Positions 45,743 through 56,476 of a stretch of DNA of 64,000 nucleotides are shown one piece after another. The translations under genes and the position numbers were made by a program. Within the stretch, counting starts at the first letter, position 1. Each line of letters begins with the position of its first letter. A model generated the notes under the pieces. The model did no database searches. It worked only from the letters and a program-made list of their open reading frames with translations, and was not told the origin of the DNA. Source of the stretch: an uncultured Planctomycetaceae bacterium (lineage in GTDB: Bacteria; Planctomycetota; Phycisphaerae; SM23-33); the NCBI GenBank assembly GCA_964557575.1, contig CAZLBC010000017.1, forward strand, positions 4,227 through 68,226, written 5' to 3'.

Positions 45743-48700
45743 ATGAAACACGGCATCATCATTTCATTCCTGTGCGTTATACTGCCGGCCGGGACCCCCG
45801 TCCGGGGCGAAGAAAGTAACGATCCGTTCGCGAAGCTCGCCGGGTACGAGTACGGCGAACCCCGGGCGATCCTCAGAATGATCGAGCACGCGGTCGCCCG
45901 CAGCACCAACAGCGACACCGAGCGACGGGAGGCCGCAAACAAACTGGCGGCACTGCTCGAATCGCCGGACGCGACGCTCGCCGCCAGGCGGTTCGCCTGC
46001 CGCCTGCTCCCGCTGGTGGCGACGGATAAACAGGTTCCCCTTCTCGCGAAGATGCTCCGCGACGACAAGACGGCGGAACCGGCCCGGCGGGCCCTCGAGG
46101 CGATCCCCGGCCCGGCTTCCGGGGCGGCCCTCCGCAAGAGCCTGGCATTCCTGAAGGGCCGCGATCGTATCGGCGCGATCAACGCGGCAGGCGTTCGCCG
46201 GGACGCGGCGGCAGCCGAAACCCTGGCGAAGCTGGCCGCCGCCGACGACGAGGCCGTGGCCGCCGCCGCAATCCGCGCGCTGGGCAAGATCGGCACGGTT
46301 CAGACCGCCGGCATGCTCTCGGGCCTGAAGGTCCCCGCGTCGCTGAAAACCACCCTTCACGACGCCCGTCTCCGGTGCGCCGGCGCGCTGGTCGCCGCCG
46401 GCAAAAAGGAAGAAGCCGAAACAATATACATGGCGGTCTTCCCCATCGCAGAATCTCTTCACATCAAACGTGCCTGCCTGGCCGGCCTCGCCGAAACCGG
46501 CAGCCCGGCGGCGGTCGAGGCCGTCATGCGGGGTATCGAATCGGACGATCCGCGGCTCGGTACCGCGGCGATGCGGCTCGCCGCCCGCATCCCCGGAAAA
46601 GAAACAACCGCCGCACTGGCCGGAAAGCTGGCCGACCTGCCCGACGACCGGCGGGCTATTCTCGCCGGCATCCTGGCCGAGCGGGGAGACCGGTCCGCCG
46701 CCCCCGCGGTGGCACAGCTCCTCGAAGACGACGCCGCAACCGTGCGGGTCGCGGCGGCGGCCGCCCTCGGGCGGATCGGCACCGCCGCACACGTCATGCC
46801 GCTGGCGGCATGCGCCGCCGGGAACGGCGGCGCGGCGACCGCGGCGCAAAAGGCCCTCGCCCGGCTGTCGGCCGGCGGGACGACGGAGAAGCTGTTCGCG
46901 GCCGCGTCCGACGATACGGCGGAGGTGCGCGTCGCGGCGATCAATGCCGTCGCCGCCCGCCGCAGCCCGGGAGCGGAGAACCTCCTCCGCGAACTCGCCG
47001 GGTGCGCGGAAGAACCGGTGCGGCTGGCCGCGATCGACGGCCTGAAGAAACTGGGTGGACCGGCGTCGTACGATACACTCATCGCCATGGTGGTTGATCC
47101 ACCCTCGAAGGCGACGGCCACGGCCGCCCGCCGGGCGGTACAGGTGATCGGGGCACGGATGAAGGACCCCGCCCGGCGGGCCGAGCCGCTGGTAGCCGCG
47201 CTGAAAAACGCCGGCCCCGCGGCGCGCCCCCCGCTGCTGGGGCTCCTGGGCGACTGCGGGGGCGAAAAGGCCCTCGATGCGGTCCGCGGCGCCGTGAAAT
47301 CGAACGACGAGGCGACGACCACCGCGGCGGTCAGGGCCCTCGCCGGGTGGCCCGATCTGTCGGCGGCGGAACCGCTCCTGGAGATCGCTGAAAACAGCAC
47401 CAACACGGTTCAGAAGACACTCGCCCTTCGCGGCTACATCCGCCTCGCCGGGACGGCGGGCGGAAACCGGGCCATGGAGATGATCGACCGGGCCGAGAAA
47501 CTGGCGACCACGACCGAGACCCGGCGGGCGCTGCTCGGCGGCCTCTCGGCCGCCCCGTCCGTCGGGGCGATGCGCAAGACCCTCTCCCTGATCGAGGACG
47601 ATGCCATCGGCACGGAGGCCGCCCTCGCGGCCGTCGATATCGGCGAGCGGATTCTCAAGCAGCACGGCCCGGCAGTCGCGGCCGCCATGGACACCGTCGC
47701 CGAAACGATCGACGATGCGAAGATCAAAAAGCGGGCCGCGGCGATGAAGGCACGGGCGACAAAATCGCACAAAAGCCGCGGCGGCTCGAATGCCGGCCTC
47801 AAACCCGACCCCGCGCGCAGCGCGGCCAGGAAAAAACAACTGGCCGCCGACGCCCCGGACGGCTTCCGCGTGGCCTGCTACCTCGACTGCGGCCCCGACC
47901 GGTCCGACGGCACGAAGCCGTCGCTGAAGGTCGTCAACGGAAAGCCGTATTCGTGGGGCGGCCCCGCGGAAACGATCCGTTTCGCGACGGTGCAGTTCGC
48001 CGGCGACGCCGTGTCGTTTGAGGCCGCCGGCCTCGATCCGGAAAAAGCCTACCGGTTCGGCTTTTCCTGGTGGGACTACGACCACAACGACCGCGCCCAG
48101 TCGGTCTGGGCGTCGGGGGGAACCCCCTCCCGGCGGATCCGGATACTCGACGCCGCGAAGCTCCCCGCGCGGACCGCGGGCACGGACCCCGAATCCCGGG
48201 TCGTCCCGCTGCCGCGGTCCGTCACCGGCGACGGGACGTGCACGATCACGTTCCGCCGGGAGGGCAAGACCAACGTGGTCGTCTCCGAGATGTGGCTGCT
48301 GGAGAGCGAAAAGGCCGTTCCGGCCGGCGAGACGGGGCAGGAGAAAACACAAGCGATCCTGCCGAAACCCGGCGACACGGACAAGACCAACGTCCTGATC
48401 GTCACGGGGGTCGACTACCCCGGCCACAAGTGGAAGAAGACCGCGCCGGTCCTGGCCGCGGGGATCGCCGAAGACGCGCGTCTCGCGGTCCGCATGGCCC
48501 GGGAGCCGGCGGCGCTCCGCGAAGACGGGCTGGACGCCTACGACACGATCGTCATCCACTTCATGGACTGGAAGTGCCCGGACCCGGGGCCGGCGGCCCG
48601 AAAGAATCTCAAGGAATTCGTCGCCGGCGGCGGGGGCATGGTCATGGTCCACTTCGCCTGCGGGGCGTTCCAGGAATGGGAAGAATTCGTCACGCTGGCG

Positions 48701-49042
48701 GGCCGGGTCTGGAACCCGAAGATGCGGGGCCACGATCCCCGCGGCGCGTTCACCGTTACTATCACCGACGAGGATCACCCGATAACGCGGGGGATACCAT
48801 CATTCACCACCACCGACGAGCTGTACACCTGCCTCGACGGAGAGACGCCGATCACCGTCCTGGCCGCCGCGACGTCGAAGGTCGACAAGAAAGTCTATCC
48901 CATCGCCTTCGTCCTCAACTACGGCCGCGGGCGTGTCTTCCACTGTTCGCTGGGACACGACGTGCAGGCCTTTGAAATCCCGGCGGTCCTGCAGCTCTTC
49001 CGCCGCGGCGCCGCCTGGACCGCGGGGCTGGAACCGCGGTAG
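45743..49042 (+). CDS. HEAT/PBS-lyase repeat protein with a beta-rich internal domain and a C-terminal ThuA domain
   Basis: Many VR.AA..ALG repeats; C-terminal LIVTGVDYPGH.W, FV.GGGGMV..H.AC, DELY, RVF...LGHD; AAGGAG RBS. Confidence 0.8.
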   Translation: MKHGIIISFLCVILPAGTPVRGEESNDPFAKLAGYEYGEPRAILRMIEHAVARSTNSDTERREAANKLAALLESPDATLAARRFACRLLPLVATDKQVPLLAKMLRDDKTAEPARRALEAIPGPASGAALRKSLAFLKGRDRIGAINAAGVRRDAAAAETLAKLAAADDEAVAAAAIRALGKIGTVQTAGMLSGLKVPASLKTTLHDARLRCAGALVAAGKKEEAETIYMAVFPIAESLHIKRACLAGLAETGSPAAVEAVMRGIESDDPRLGTAAMRLAARIPGKETTAALAGKLADLPDDRRAILAGILAERGDRSAAPAVAQLLEDDAATVRVAAAAALGRIGTAAHVMPLAACAAGNGGAATAAQKALARLSAGGTTEKLFAAASDDTAEVRVAAINAVAARRSPGAENLLRELAGCAEEPVRLAAIDGLKKLGGPASYDTLIAMVVDPPSKATATAARRAVQVIGARMKDPARRAEPLVAALKNAGPAARPPLLGLLGDCGGEKALDAVRGAVKSNDEATTTAAVRALAGWPDLSAAEPLLEIAENSTNTVQKTLALRGYIRLAGTAGGNRAMEMIDRAEKLATTTETRRALLGGLSAAPSVGAMRKTLSLIEDDAIGTEAALAAVDIGERILKQHGPAVAAAMDTVAETIDDAKIKKRAAAMKARATKSHKSRGGSNAGLKPDPARSAARKKQLAADAPDGFRVACYLDCGPDRSDGTKPSLKVVNGKPYSWGGPAETIRFATVQFAGDAVSFEAAGLDPEKAYRFGFSWWDYDHNDRAQSVWASGGTPSRRIRILDAAKLPARTAGTDPESRVVPLPRSVTGDGTCTITFRREGKTNVVVSEMWLLESEKAVPAGETGQEKTQAILPKPGDTDKTNVLIVTGVDYPGHKWKKTAPVLAAGIAEDARLAVRMAREPAALREDGLDAYDTIVIHFMDWKCPDPGPAARKNLKEFVAGGGGMVMVHFACGAFQEWEEFVTLAGRVWNPKMRGHDPRGAFTVTITDEDHPITRGIPSFTTTDELYTCLDGETPITVLAAATSKVDKKVYPIAFVLNYGRGRVFHCSLGHDVQAFEIPAVLQLFRRGAAWTAGLEPR

Positions 49043-49142
49043 CCGGAAGACCATGTCATCCGCCGAATTTTCCATGCCCCGCTGATGGTCGTCACCGGTA
49101 TAATGGCCGTTCCGCAACACCTTTTTTACGAAAGAAACGACC

Positions 49143-50588
49143 ATGACAAACAGGCGCGGTTTTATAAAGACATTGGGAACGGGGGCGCTGGCGGCACTCG
49201 CGCCGGGCATGCGGGGGGCGGAAAACGGGAAAAAGCCCAACATCCTCTTTATCTTCGCCGACGACCAGTGCTTCGAGACCATCCGGGCACTGGGGTTCGA
49301 CCAGATCCACACCCCGAACCTCGACCGGCTCGTGAAAAGCGGGACCACCTTTACCCACGCCTACAACCAGGGGTCCTGGAGCGGGGCCGTGTGCATCGCC
49401 AGCCGCTGCATGCTGAACACGGGCCGTTTCCTGTGGCACGCACAGAAGGTGTACCGCTCGGCCGAAAAAGAGCGGAAAGCCGGTCGGTTCTGGTCGGAGT
49501 ACATGAAGGGCGCCGGCTACGAGACCTACATGACGGGCAAGTGGCACGTCAGGGCGGATGCCAAAAAGGCCTTCGACGTGGCGGCCCACGTCCGGGGCGG
49601 CATGCCGAACCAGACGAAGGAAGGATACAACCGGCCCATAGAGGGCAAAGAGGACCCGTGGAAGCCCTGGGACAGGAAATTCGGCGGCTACTGGAAAGGC
49701 GGCACGCACTGGAGCGAAGTCGTGGGCGACGATGCCGAGGATTTTCTCGGGAAAGCGGCAACAAGCGACGCGCCGTTCTTCATGTACATCGCGTTCAACG
49801 CCCCCCACGACCCGCGCCAGTCGCCGAAGAAATACGTCGACCGGTACCCGCCCGAGAAGGTCAGGGTCCCGAAAAACTTTCTTCCGGAGTACCCGTTCAA
49901 GGACAAGATCGGGTGCGGCAAAGGTCTCCGCGACGAACGGCTGGCCCCCTTCCCCCGCACGAAATACGCGGTCAAAATAAACCGGCGGGAATACTACGCG
50001 ATCATCACGCACATGGACGCCCAGATCGGGCGGATACTGGCGGCGCTGGAGAAGTCGGGAAAGGCCGACAACACGTATATCTTCTTTTCGGCGGACCACG
50101 GCCTCGCGGTCGGCCACCACGGCCTGATAGGCAAGCAGAACCTCTTCGACCACAGCGTCAGGGTTCCCCTGATGGTATCGGGGCCCGGCGTCGCGCAGGG
50201 CAGAAAGATCGCTACGCCGGTGTACCTCCAGGACATCATGCCGTCCACCCTTGAGCTGGCGGGCGTCCGGAAACCCGATCACGTCCAGTTCAGGAGCCTG
50301 CTGCCGCTGATGGACGGGCGCAGGGACACCTCCTACGACGCCGTCTACGGGGGGTACTTCAGCTTCCAGCGGATGGTGACGAAGGGCAACTGGAAGCTGC
50401 TGCTCTATCCCAGGATCAAGAAAGTGCTGCTGTTCGACCTCGCAAAAGATCCGGCGGAGATGAACGACCGCTCGGGCGACCCCGCCGTGAAACCCGTGAT
50501 AAAAAAACTATTCGCCGAACTGCTGAAGCTCCAGAAAGAAACCGGCGACACGCTCGATCTCCGGGCCGTCTATCCCGGGCTCTCGTAA
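49143..50588 (+). CDS. TAT-exported formylglycine-dependent sulfatase (S1)
   Basis: NRRGFIK; PNILFIFADDQ; AVCIASR active-site motif; TGKWH; ADHG. Confidence 0.92.
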   Translation: MTNRRGFIKTLGTGALAALAPGMRGAENGKKPNILFIFADDQCFETIRALGFDQIHTPNLDRLVKSGTTFTHAYNQGSWSGAVCIASRCMLNTGRFLWHAQKVYRSAEKERKAGRFWSEYMKGAGYETYMTGKWHVRADAKKAFDVAAHVRGGMPNQTKEGYNRPIEGKEDPWKPWDRKFGGYWKGGTHWSEVVGDDAEDFLGKAATSDAPFFMYIAFNAPHDPRQSPKKYVDRYPPEKVRVPKNFLPEYPFKDKIGCGKGLRDERLAPFPRTKYAVKINRREYYAIITHMDAQIGRILAALEKSGKADNTYIFFSADHGLAVGHHGLIGKQNLFDHSVRVPLMVSGPGVAQGRKIATPVYLQDIMPSTLELAGVRKPDHVQFRSLLPLMDGRRDTSYDAVYGGYFSFQRMVTKGNWKLLLYPRIKKVLLFDLAKDPAEMNDRSGDPAVKPVIKKLFAELLKLQKETGDTLDLRAVYPGLS

Positions 50589-50608
50589 TCACCAGGAGGC
50601 ACTGCATC

Positions 50609-52018
50609 ATGAACAGAAGAACCTTCCTCGGATCCATCGCGGTCGTCGCCGGCGGCGCCCGCCTCCCGTTATCGGGCGCCGGCGCACCGAAACAACCGTC
50701 CAACATCCTCCTGATAAACGTCGACGACCTCGGCTGGACCGACCTGGGGTGTTTCGGGAGCCGCTACTACGAAACACCCAATATCGACCGGCTCCGCGCG
50801 GAAGGGATGAAGTTCACGAATGCCTATGCCGCCTGCGCCGTCTGTTCGCCGACGCGGGCCGCAATCATGACGGGCCGCTACCCCGCGCGCATCGGCATCA
50901 CCGACTGGGTCCGGGCCCGTTTCCAGGGCGGCCACGTCAAGAACGGGAAAAACCCGTCGGGCACGGTCACGCGGAAGGGACTGGTGCTGCCGAAAAACCA
51001 CCTCTTCATGGAACACGCGGAAGTCACCATCGCCGAGATGCTCAAGCCGCTCGGGTACGTCTCGTGCCATATCGGCAAGTGGCACCTCGGCCCGGACAAC
51101 TGGTATCCCGACACGCAGGGCTTCGATTGCAACATCGGCGGGTGCGACCTCGGCCAGCCCCTGAATTACTTCGATCCCTATACCGCCCGGAAACTGAAAA
51201 ACGGCATCCCCACCCTCAAACCCCGGAAAAAGGGCGAGTACCTGACCGACCGCGAAGCCGACGAGGCGGCGCGGTTCATCAGGGACAACCGGGAGCGACC
51301 CTTCTTTCTCCACATGTGCCACTACGCCGTCCATACCCCGATCCAGGCAAAGAAGGACCTGGTCGCCCGGTACACGGCCAAAAAAAAGACCAACCAGAAG
51401 AACCCCGTCTACGCGGCCATGGTCCACAGCGTCGACGAGGCGGTCGGCACAATGATGAAGGCCCTCGACGACAGCGGACAGGCGGACAATACCCTCGTGA
51501 TATTCACCTCAGACAACGGCGGGCTGCTCGGGCCGACGCACAACGCCCCGCTCCGCGCGGGAAAGGGGTATCCCTACGAGGGCGGGATCAGGATCCCGCA
51601 GATCGTGCGCTGGCCGGGGAAGGTCGCGGCCGGTTCCGCCTGCGACACCCCCGTCATCAGCGTTGACTTTCTTCCCACGATCGCCGCGGCGGCCGGCGCC
51701 CCCCTGCCCGACCGGGACATCGACGGCGAGAGCCTCATGCCCCTGCTTCGCGGCACGGGCGACCTGCAACGGGAATGCATCTTCTGGCACTTCCCTCACT
51801 TCCGCGGGAAGATCGCGCCCTACTCGATCGTCCGCTGCGGGCCGTGGAAGCTCCTGAAGCGATACCACGGCACCCCGTTCGAACTCTACAACCTCGCGGA
51901 GGATATTTCCGAGACCACCGACCTGGCCGACAAGATGCCGGCGCGGGTAAAGAAACTGAACCGCCGGCTCGAAACATGGCTCAAGGAGGTCGGCGCAACG
52001 GTCCCGCGGAAGGCGTGA
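50609..52018 (+). CDS. TAT-exported sulfatase (S1, arylsulfatase-like)
   Basis: NRRTFL; NILLINVDDLG; CSPTRAAIMTG; GKWHLG; SDNGG. Confidence 0.95.
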   Translation: MNRRTFLGSIAVVAGGARLPLSGAGAPKQPSNILLINVDDLGWTDLGCFGSRYYETPNIDRLRAEGMKFTNAYAACAVCSPTRAAIMTGRYPARIGITDWVRARFQGGHVKNGKNPSGTVTRKGLVLPKNHLFMEHAEVTIAEMLKPLGYVSCHIGKWHLGPDNWYPDTQGFDCNIGGCDLGQPLNYFDPYTARKLKNGIPTLKPRKKGEYLTDREADEAARFIRDNRERPFFLHMCHYAVHTPIQAKKDLVARYTAKKKTNQKNPVYAAMVHSVDEAVGTMMKALDDSGQADNTLVIFTSDNGGLLGPTHNAPLRAGKGYPYEGGIRIPQIVRWPGKVAAGSACDTPVISVDFLPTIAAAAGAPLPDRDIDGESLMPLLRGTGDLQRECIFWHFPHFRGKIAPYSIVRCGPWKLLKRYHGTPFELYNLAEDISETTDLADKMPARVKKLNRRLETWLKEVGATVPRKA

Positions 52019-52206
52019 ACCTGCCACATATTGCGCGTGTAATTTTCGCCCTTTATAAAACGGGAAAAACGATACATTTTACACATTTTCTCTTGTGTGC
52101 CGGCGGATTGGGCTTCAGGATATCTTATAGTTATGAAGACACTGAGACCGAACCCATTCATTAATTCGACCCCGAACCGCCTACCGAACGGCTGGAACGG
52201 CTGACC

Positions 52207-53394
52207 ATGGCTGACACACTCCTGATCGTTGACGACAACCCGGTCGACAGGAAGATCCTGGGGGGCGTGCTCAAAAAGGAGGGATATGACCTGGTCGTCG
52301 CCGGGGACGGCGAGGCCGCCCTGGCCGCCGTGGGGAAACAGCGACCCGACCTGATTCTCCTCGACGTCATCATGCCCGGCCTGAGCGGGTACGAGGTGTG
52401 CGGCCGGCTCAAGGCGGATGCCGCAACGGCCGACATACCCGTGCTGTTCCTCTCCGGCCTGTCGGAGGCAAAGGACAAGGTAAAGGGACTGAACGCGGGC
52501 GGGCTGGACTACATATCCAAGCCGTTCGACACGGAAGAGGTGCTGGCCCGCGTCCGCGCGCACCTGGAACTGCTCCACCTGAATCGCGACCTGCAGCGCG
52601 CCAACCGGGAACTGGAGGCCCGGCAAAAGCAGGTGGACAAGGACCTGGCGGCCGCCGCCGAAATTCAGCGGACCCTGCTGCCCCGGCGGAAGGCGTCGAT
52701 CAGCACTATCGACATGGCCTGGAAATTCCTGCCGTGTGAAACGGTCGGCGGAGACCTGTTCAACGTCCTTCGCCTGGACGAAAATCACTGGGCCGTATAC
52801 ATGATAGACGTTACCGGCCACGGCGTTCCCGCCGCCATGGTTTCCGTGTCGGTCTCCCACCTGATGGACCCGAACAACGGCCAACTGGTCAAAACCGCGA
52901 TCCACGAGCCCCCCTACTACCGGCTCGCCTCACCCGCGGAAGTGATTACCGGGCTGGACGAAGCCTATTCCCCCGGTCGGCTCGACAAGCTTTTCTCCGT
53001 CAGCTACATGGTCCTCAACGTGCGGACCGGAGCACTGCAGTACAGCAACGCCGCGCATCCCTATCCCCTGCTGGTTCGCGCGACGGGAAAGACGGAACTG
53101 CTCAGGATCGGCGGCACCATGGTCGGCATGGGAGGCGTCATGGCATTCGAGGAAGGAACGGTTGCGCTGGAACCGGGGGACAAGCTGTTTGTGTACACGG
53201 ACGGGATAACGGAGCACCGAAACGAAGAAAAGGATTTTTTCGGAGAACAGCGGCTGTACGACGAAATCACCGGGTTGCGGACCAGGCCGGTCGAAAAAAT
53301 CGTCGAGCGGGTCATGGATGCCGTCATGACATTTTCCCGCCGGAAACCGCGCGACGATGTCAGTCTGCTGGGATTCGAGTATCTCGGCGGGTAA
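52207..53394 (+). CDS. Response regulator with PP2C/SpoIIE (RsbU-like) phosphatase output
   Basis: REC (VDD, LLDVIMP, YISKPF); coiled coil; GGDLF, DVTGHG, YTDGITE, DDVSL. Confidence 0.92.
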   Translation: MADTLLIVDDNPVDRKILGGVLKKEGYDLVVAGDGEAALAAVGKQRPDLILLDVIMPGLSGYEVCGRLKADAATADIPVLFLSGLSEAKDKVKGLNAGGLDYISKPFDTEEVLARVRAHLELLHLNRDLQRANRELEARQKQVDKDLAAAAEIQRTLLPRRKASISTIDMAWKFLPCETVGGDLFNVLRLDENHWAVYMIDVTGHGVPAAMVSVSVSHLMDPNNGQLVKTAIHEPPYYRLASPAEVITGLDEAYSPGRLDKLFSVSYMVLNVRTGALQYSNAAHPYPLLVRATGKTELLRIGGTMVGMGGVMAFEEGTVALEPGDKLFVYTDGITEHRNEEKDFFGEQRLYDEITGLRTRPVEKIVERVMDAVMTFSRRKPRDDVSLLGFEYLGG

Positions 53395-53453
53395 CGAAAA
53401 CATCGGGTGCGGATTTCGATCGTTGCGACGGGTGTTGCCGCCGAGGTGAAGCC

Positions 53454-56414
53454 GTGAGAATCAAGATCGGTGACAAACTGCTGCTGGTCGCCGCCATAGG
53501 AACGGCCGTCACCGCCGTCCTCGGCGCGGGGTCGGTTTATGTCATCGGCGGCTCGTTGCGCAGAGACCGCATCAATGCCCGCCTCTCTTCAATCGCGCAA
53601 TCAAAGGCCGGCCGCGTCCGGTCGCTGCTCCAGGAATACGCCAACCGCGTCCGCCTCTTCGCCGCATCGGAACTTCTCCGCGCCGACCCGGTCGACGACA
53701 CGCTCGGCGGGCGGCTGGAATCACTCGCCGCGCCGTTCCCGGATATCGCCGCGCTGACACTCGTCGGCCCGGACGGGACGATCACCGCCTCCACCGAACG
53801 CGGGGAGCGGGGAACCGACCGGTCCCGCGATCCCGTCTTCCGCAACGGGCTGACAGCGATCTTCGTCAACGGTATCCACCGGTCGCAAACGACGGGGCAC
53901 AGGGTCATAACCATAGCGGCGCCGCTGCGCGATCCCGTCACCAAACAAGGGCGGGGTGTACTCACGGCGACGATCCGGACAACGCGGCTCGACGAGATCA
54001 TGACCGAACACACGGGGCTCCAGGAGACGGGTGAATCCTACCTGGTCAACCGGGACGGCCTGATCCTCACCCCCACGCGGCACGCGGCGAAACCGCCCCT
54101 GTCCCTGCACGTCGATTCGAAAAATGTCCGGGAGTGGACAGGACGATCCGGAACGGCGGCGGCCGGCGGAGAGATTCCCGAATACCGGGATTACCGGGGC
54201 GTGACCGTCATCGGCACGCATGCGCCCCTTCCCGACAGGGGGTGGTGCGCCTGCGTAAAAATAGATTCGACAGAGGTGTACGAACCGATTGTGCGGCTGA
54301 CCCGGGCCGTATTTATTCTCACCCTTCTTCTGAGCACGGTGGTCACGTCGTTTGTCAGGTCATTTATGCGCCACATACTCAAACCCATACGCCAGTTGCG
54401 GCACGGTTCCCGCCAGATCGGCTCGGGCGACCTGGCGTACCGGCTCGACATACAGACCGGGGACGAGATCGAGGAGCTTGCCCAGGAATTCAACCGCATG
54501 GCGGCGCGCCTGTCCGAAGCACGGGAAGGCCTGGAGCGAAAGGTGGCGGAACGAACCAGGGAACTCGAACAGGCCAAGGGCCTGGCCGAGGAGGCGGCAC
54601 AATCAAAGGCCGATTTCCTCGCGAACATGAGCCACGAAATCCGTACCCCCATGAACGGCGTCATCGGCATGGCGAACCTGCTGCTGTCCGCCGACCTGAC
54701 CGGAGAGCAGTGCGATTACGTCAAGACGATAAAAAACAGCGCCGAATCCCTCCTGGACATCATCAACGATATCCTCGACATCTCGAAGATCGAGGCCGGA
54801 CGGCTGGTCCTGGAGTCGGCGGTCTTCGACCCCCGGTCGGTAATCGAGGACATCAACGACCTGCTCGCCCTGCGAGCCCAGGACAAGGGTCTCGAGTACG
54901 CCTGCCGGATCGCCCCGGACGTCCCCGCGCAGGTCAGGGGCGACCCCTTTCGGCTGCGACAGGTCCTGATCAACCTCCTCGGCAACGCGATCAAGTTCAC
55001 CGAGCACGGTGAGGTGGCCCTGCTGGTCTTCCGGGAAAGGGCGCGGGACGGAACGGTCCTGCTGCGATTCGACGTCAGGGATACCGGCATCGGTATCGAC
55101 GCCGATAAAATAGATTCGCTGTTCGATACCTTCAGCCAGGAAGACGCCTCCACGACGCGCAGGCACGGCGGCACGGGCCTGGGGCTGAGCATAGCAAAAA
55201 ATATTACGGAGATGATGGGCGGGAGACTCTCCGTCACCAGCAGCAAGGGCGACGGATCGACGTTCTCGTTTACGGCCGCATTCGAGAGCGTGCCCGCCGT
55301 TGAGACGGGCCGGCGGCCGCCCGCCTGTCTTCGGGATCTCTGCGTCGCCGTCGTCGAGGAAAACGAGACCAACCGCCTGATGATCCGCGATATGCTTCTG
55401 TCCTGGGGCTGTCGCGTCATCGACGTGCCGGACATCGAATCGCTGCTGTCGGACCGCGACAATGCACAAGACCCGATCGGCGTCACGCTTCTCGGCCCTC
55501 CCCTGCACGGTGACGAACATCCCGACTGCGGCCGAATCGTACCGATGACGACCATGCGCCGGCGCACCGGCGGCTCCCTCGCCAAGCCGATCAAGCGGGC
55601 CGCGCTCCGGGACCTGCTGGTTTCCATCATGAAAGGCGGAGACGCACAACCGACACGGGACGCGCCCGCCGTTTCCGACATTTCATTCGTCGGCAATCGC
55701 GTACTGCTGGTCGAAGACAACCCCGTCAACCAGAAGGTCGCGTGTTCCCTGCTGGAACAATTCGGCTGCACCGCCACGCTCGCCGCCACCGGGCGCGAGG
55801 CACTGGAAGCCCTCGAATCGGCATCATTCGATTGTGTCCTGATGGACGTGCAGATGCCCGGCATGGACGGCTTCGAAGCGACGCGGCGCATACGCGCATC
55901 GGGACAGGCGTACGACGGTGTCCCCATCATCGCCATGACCGCGCACGCCCTGGAGGGCGACCGGGAACGGTGCGCGGCGGCGGGAATGGACGATTACGTC
56001 TCGAAACCCGTGAACCCCGCGGTCCTCGCGAAGGTTATGGACAAGTACCTCGATCGGACACCGGGGGGGCTTGACCGGCATGCGATTCTGCAGCGCGTCG
56101 GCGGGGACGAGGACCTGATGCGGGAGGTCATCGGCATTTTCCTCGACGACATACCGGGGCGTATCCGAGCGATCGAAAAGGCGGTCGAACGGGGCGACCC
56201 GGACACCGTGCAAGCGGAGGCGCATGCCGTAAAGGGATCGGCGGGGAATATCGGCGCGTCCGGTCTTTACGATGCGGCGGGGCGACTGGAAACCGCCGCA
56301 AAAGCGGGGGGGGAAACCGCGGCTGCCTTTCTCGCGGTGCGGCAGCAGTTCGAACTGCTGCGGCCGTCGCTCGGGAACATGGTGGAGCCCGCCGGCGAGC
56401 GGGAAAACGAATAA
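53454..56414 (+). CDS. Hybrid sensor kinase: Cache - HAMP - HisKA - HATPase - pseudo-REC - REC - Hpt
   Basis: GTG start; GESYLVN Cache motif; [17 protein letters not shown]; [11 protein letters not shown]; GGTGLGL; [11 protein letters not shown]; [10 protein letters not shown] Hpt. Confidence 0.93.
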   Translation: MRIKIGDKLLLVAAIGTAVTAVLGAGSVYVIGGSLRRDRINARLSSIAQSKAGRVRSLLQEYANRVRLFAASELLRADPVDDTLGGRLESLAAPFPDIAALTLVGPDGTITASTERGERGTDRSRDPVFRNGLTAIFVNGIHRSQTTGHRVITIAAPLRDPVTKQGRGVLTATIRTTRLDEIMTEHTGLQETGESYLVNRDGLILTPTRHAAKPPLSLHVDSKNVREWTGRSGTAAAGGEIPEYRDYRGVTVIGTHAPLPDRGWCACVKIDSTEVYEPIVRLTRAVFILTLLLSTVVTSFVRSFMRHILKPIRQLRHGSRQIGSGDLAYRLDIQTGDEIEELAQEFNRMAARLSEAREGLERKVAERTRELEQAKGLAEEAAQSKADFLANMSHEIRTPMNGVIGMANLLLSADLTGEQCDYVKTIKNSAESLLDIINDILDISKIEAGRLVLESAVFDPRSVIEDINDLLALRAQDKGLEYACRIAPDVPAQVRGDPFRLRQVLINLLGNAIKFTEHGEVALLVFRERARDGTVLLRFDVRDTGIGIDADKIDSLFDTFSQEDASTTRRHGGTGLGLSIAKNITEMMGGRLSVTSSKGDGSTFSFTAAFESVPAVETGRRPPACLRDLCVAVVEENETNRLMIRDMLLSWGCRVIDVPDIESLLSDRDNAQDPIGVTLLGPPLHGDEHPDCGRIVPMTTMRRRTGGSLAKPIKRAALRDLLVSIMKGGDAQPTRDAPAVSDISFVGNRVLLVEDNPVNQKVACSLLEQFGCTATLAATGREALEALESASFDCVLMDVQMPGMDGFEATRRIRASGQAYDGVPIIAMTAHALEGDRERCAAAGMDDYVSKPVNPAVLAKVMDKYLDRTPGGLDRHAILQRVGGDEDLMREVIGIFLDDIPGRIRAIEKAVERGDPDTVQAEAHAVKGSAGNIGASGLYDAAGRLETAAKAGGETAAAFLAVRQQFELLRPSLGNMVEPAGERENE

Positions 56415-56476
56415 TCCTGGAGACAGGCGCGGTCGCGCCGTTGTATACTGTTGTCTCTGATAAAAGGAACGCCACT

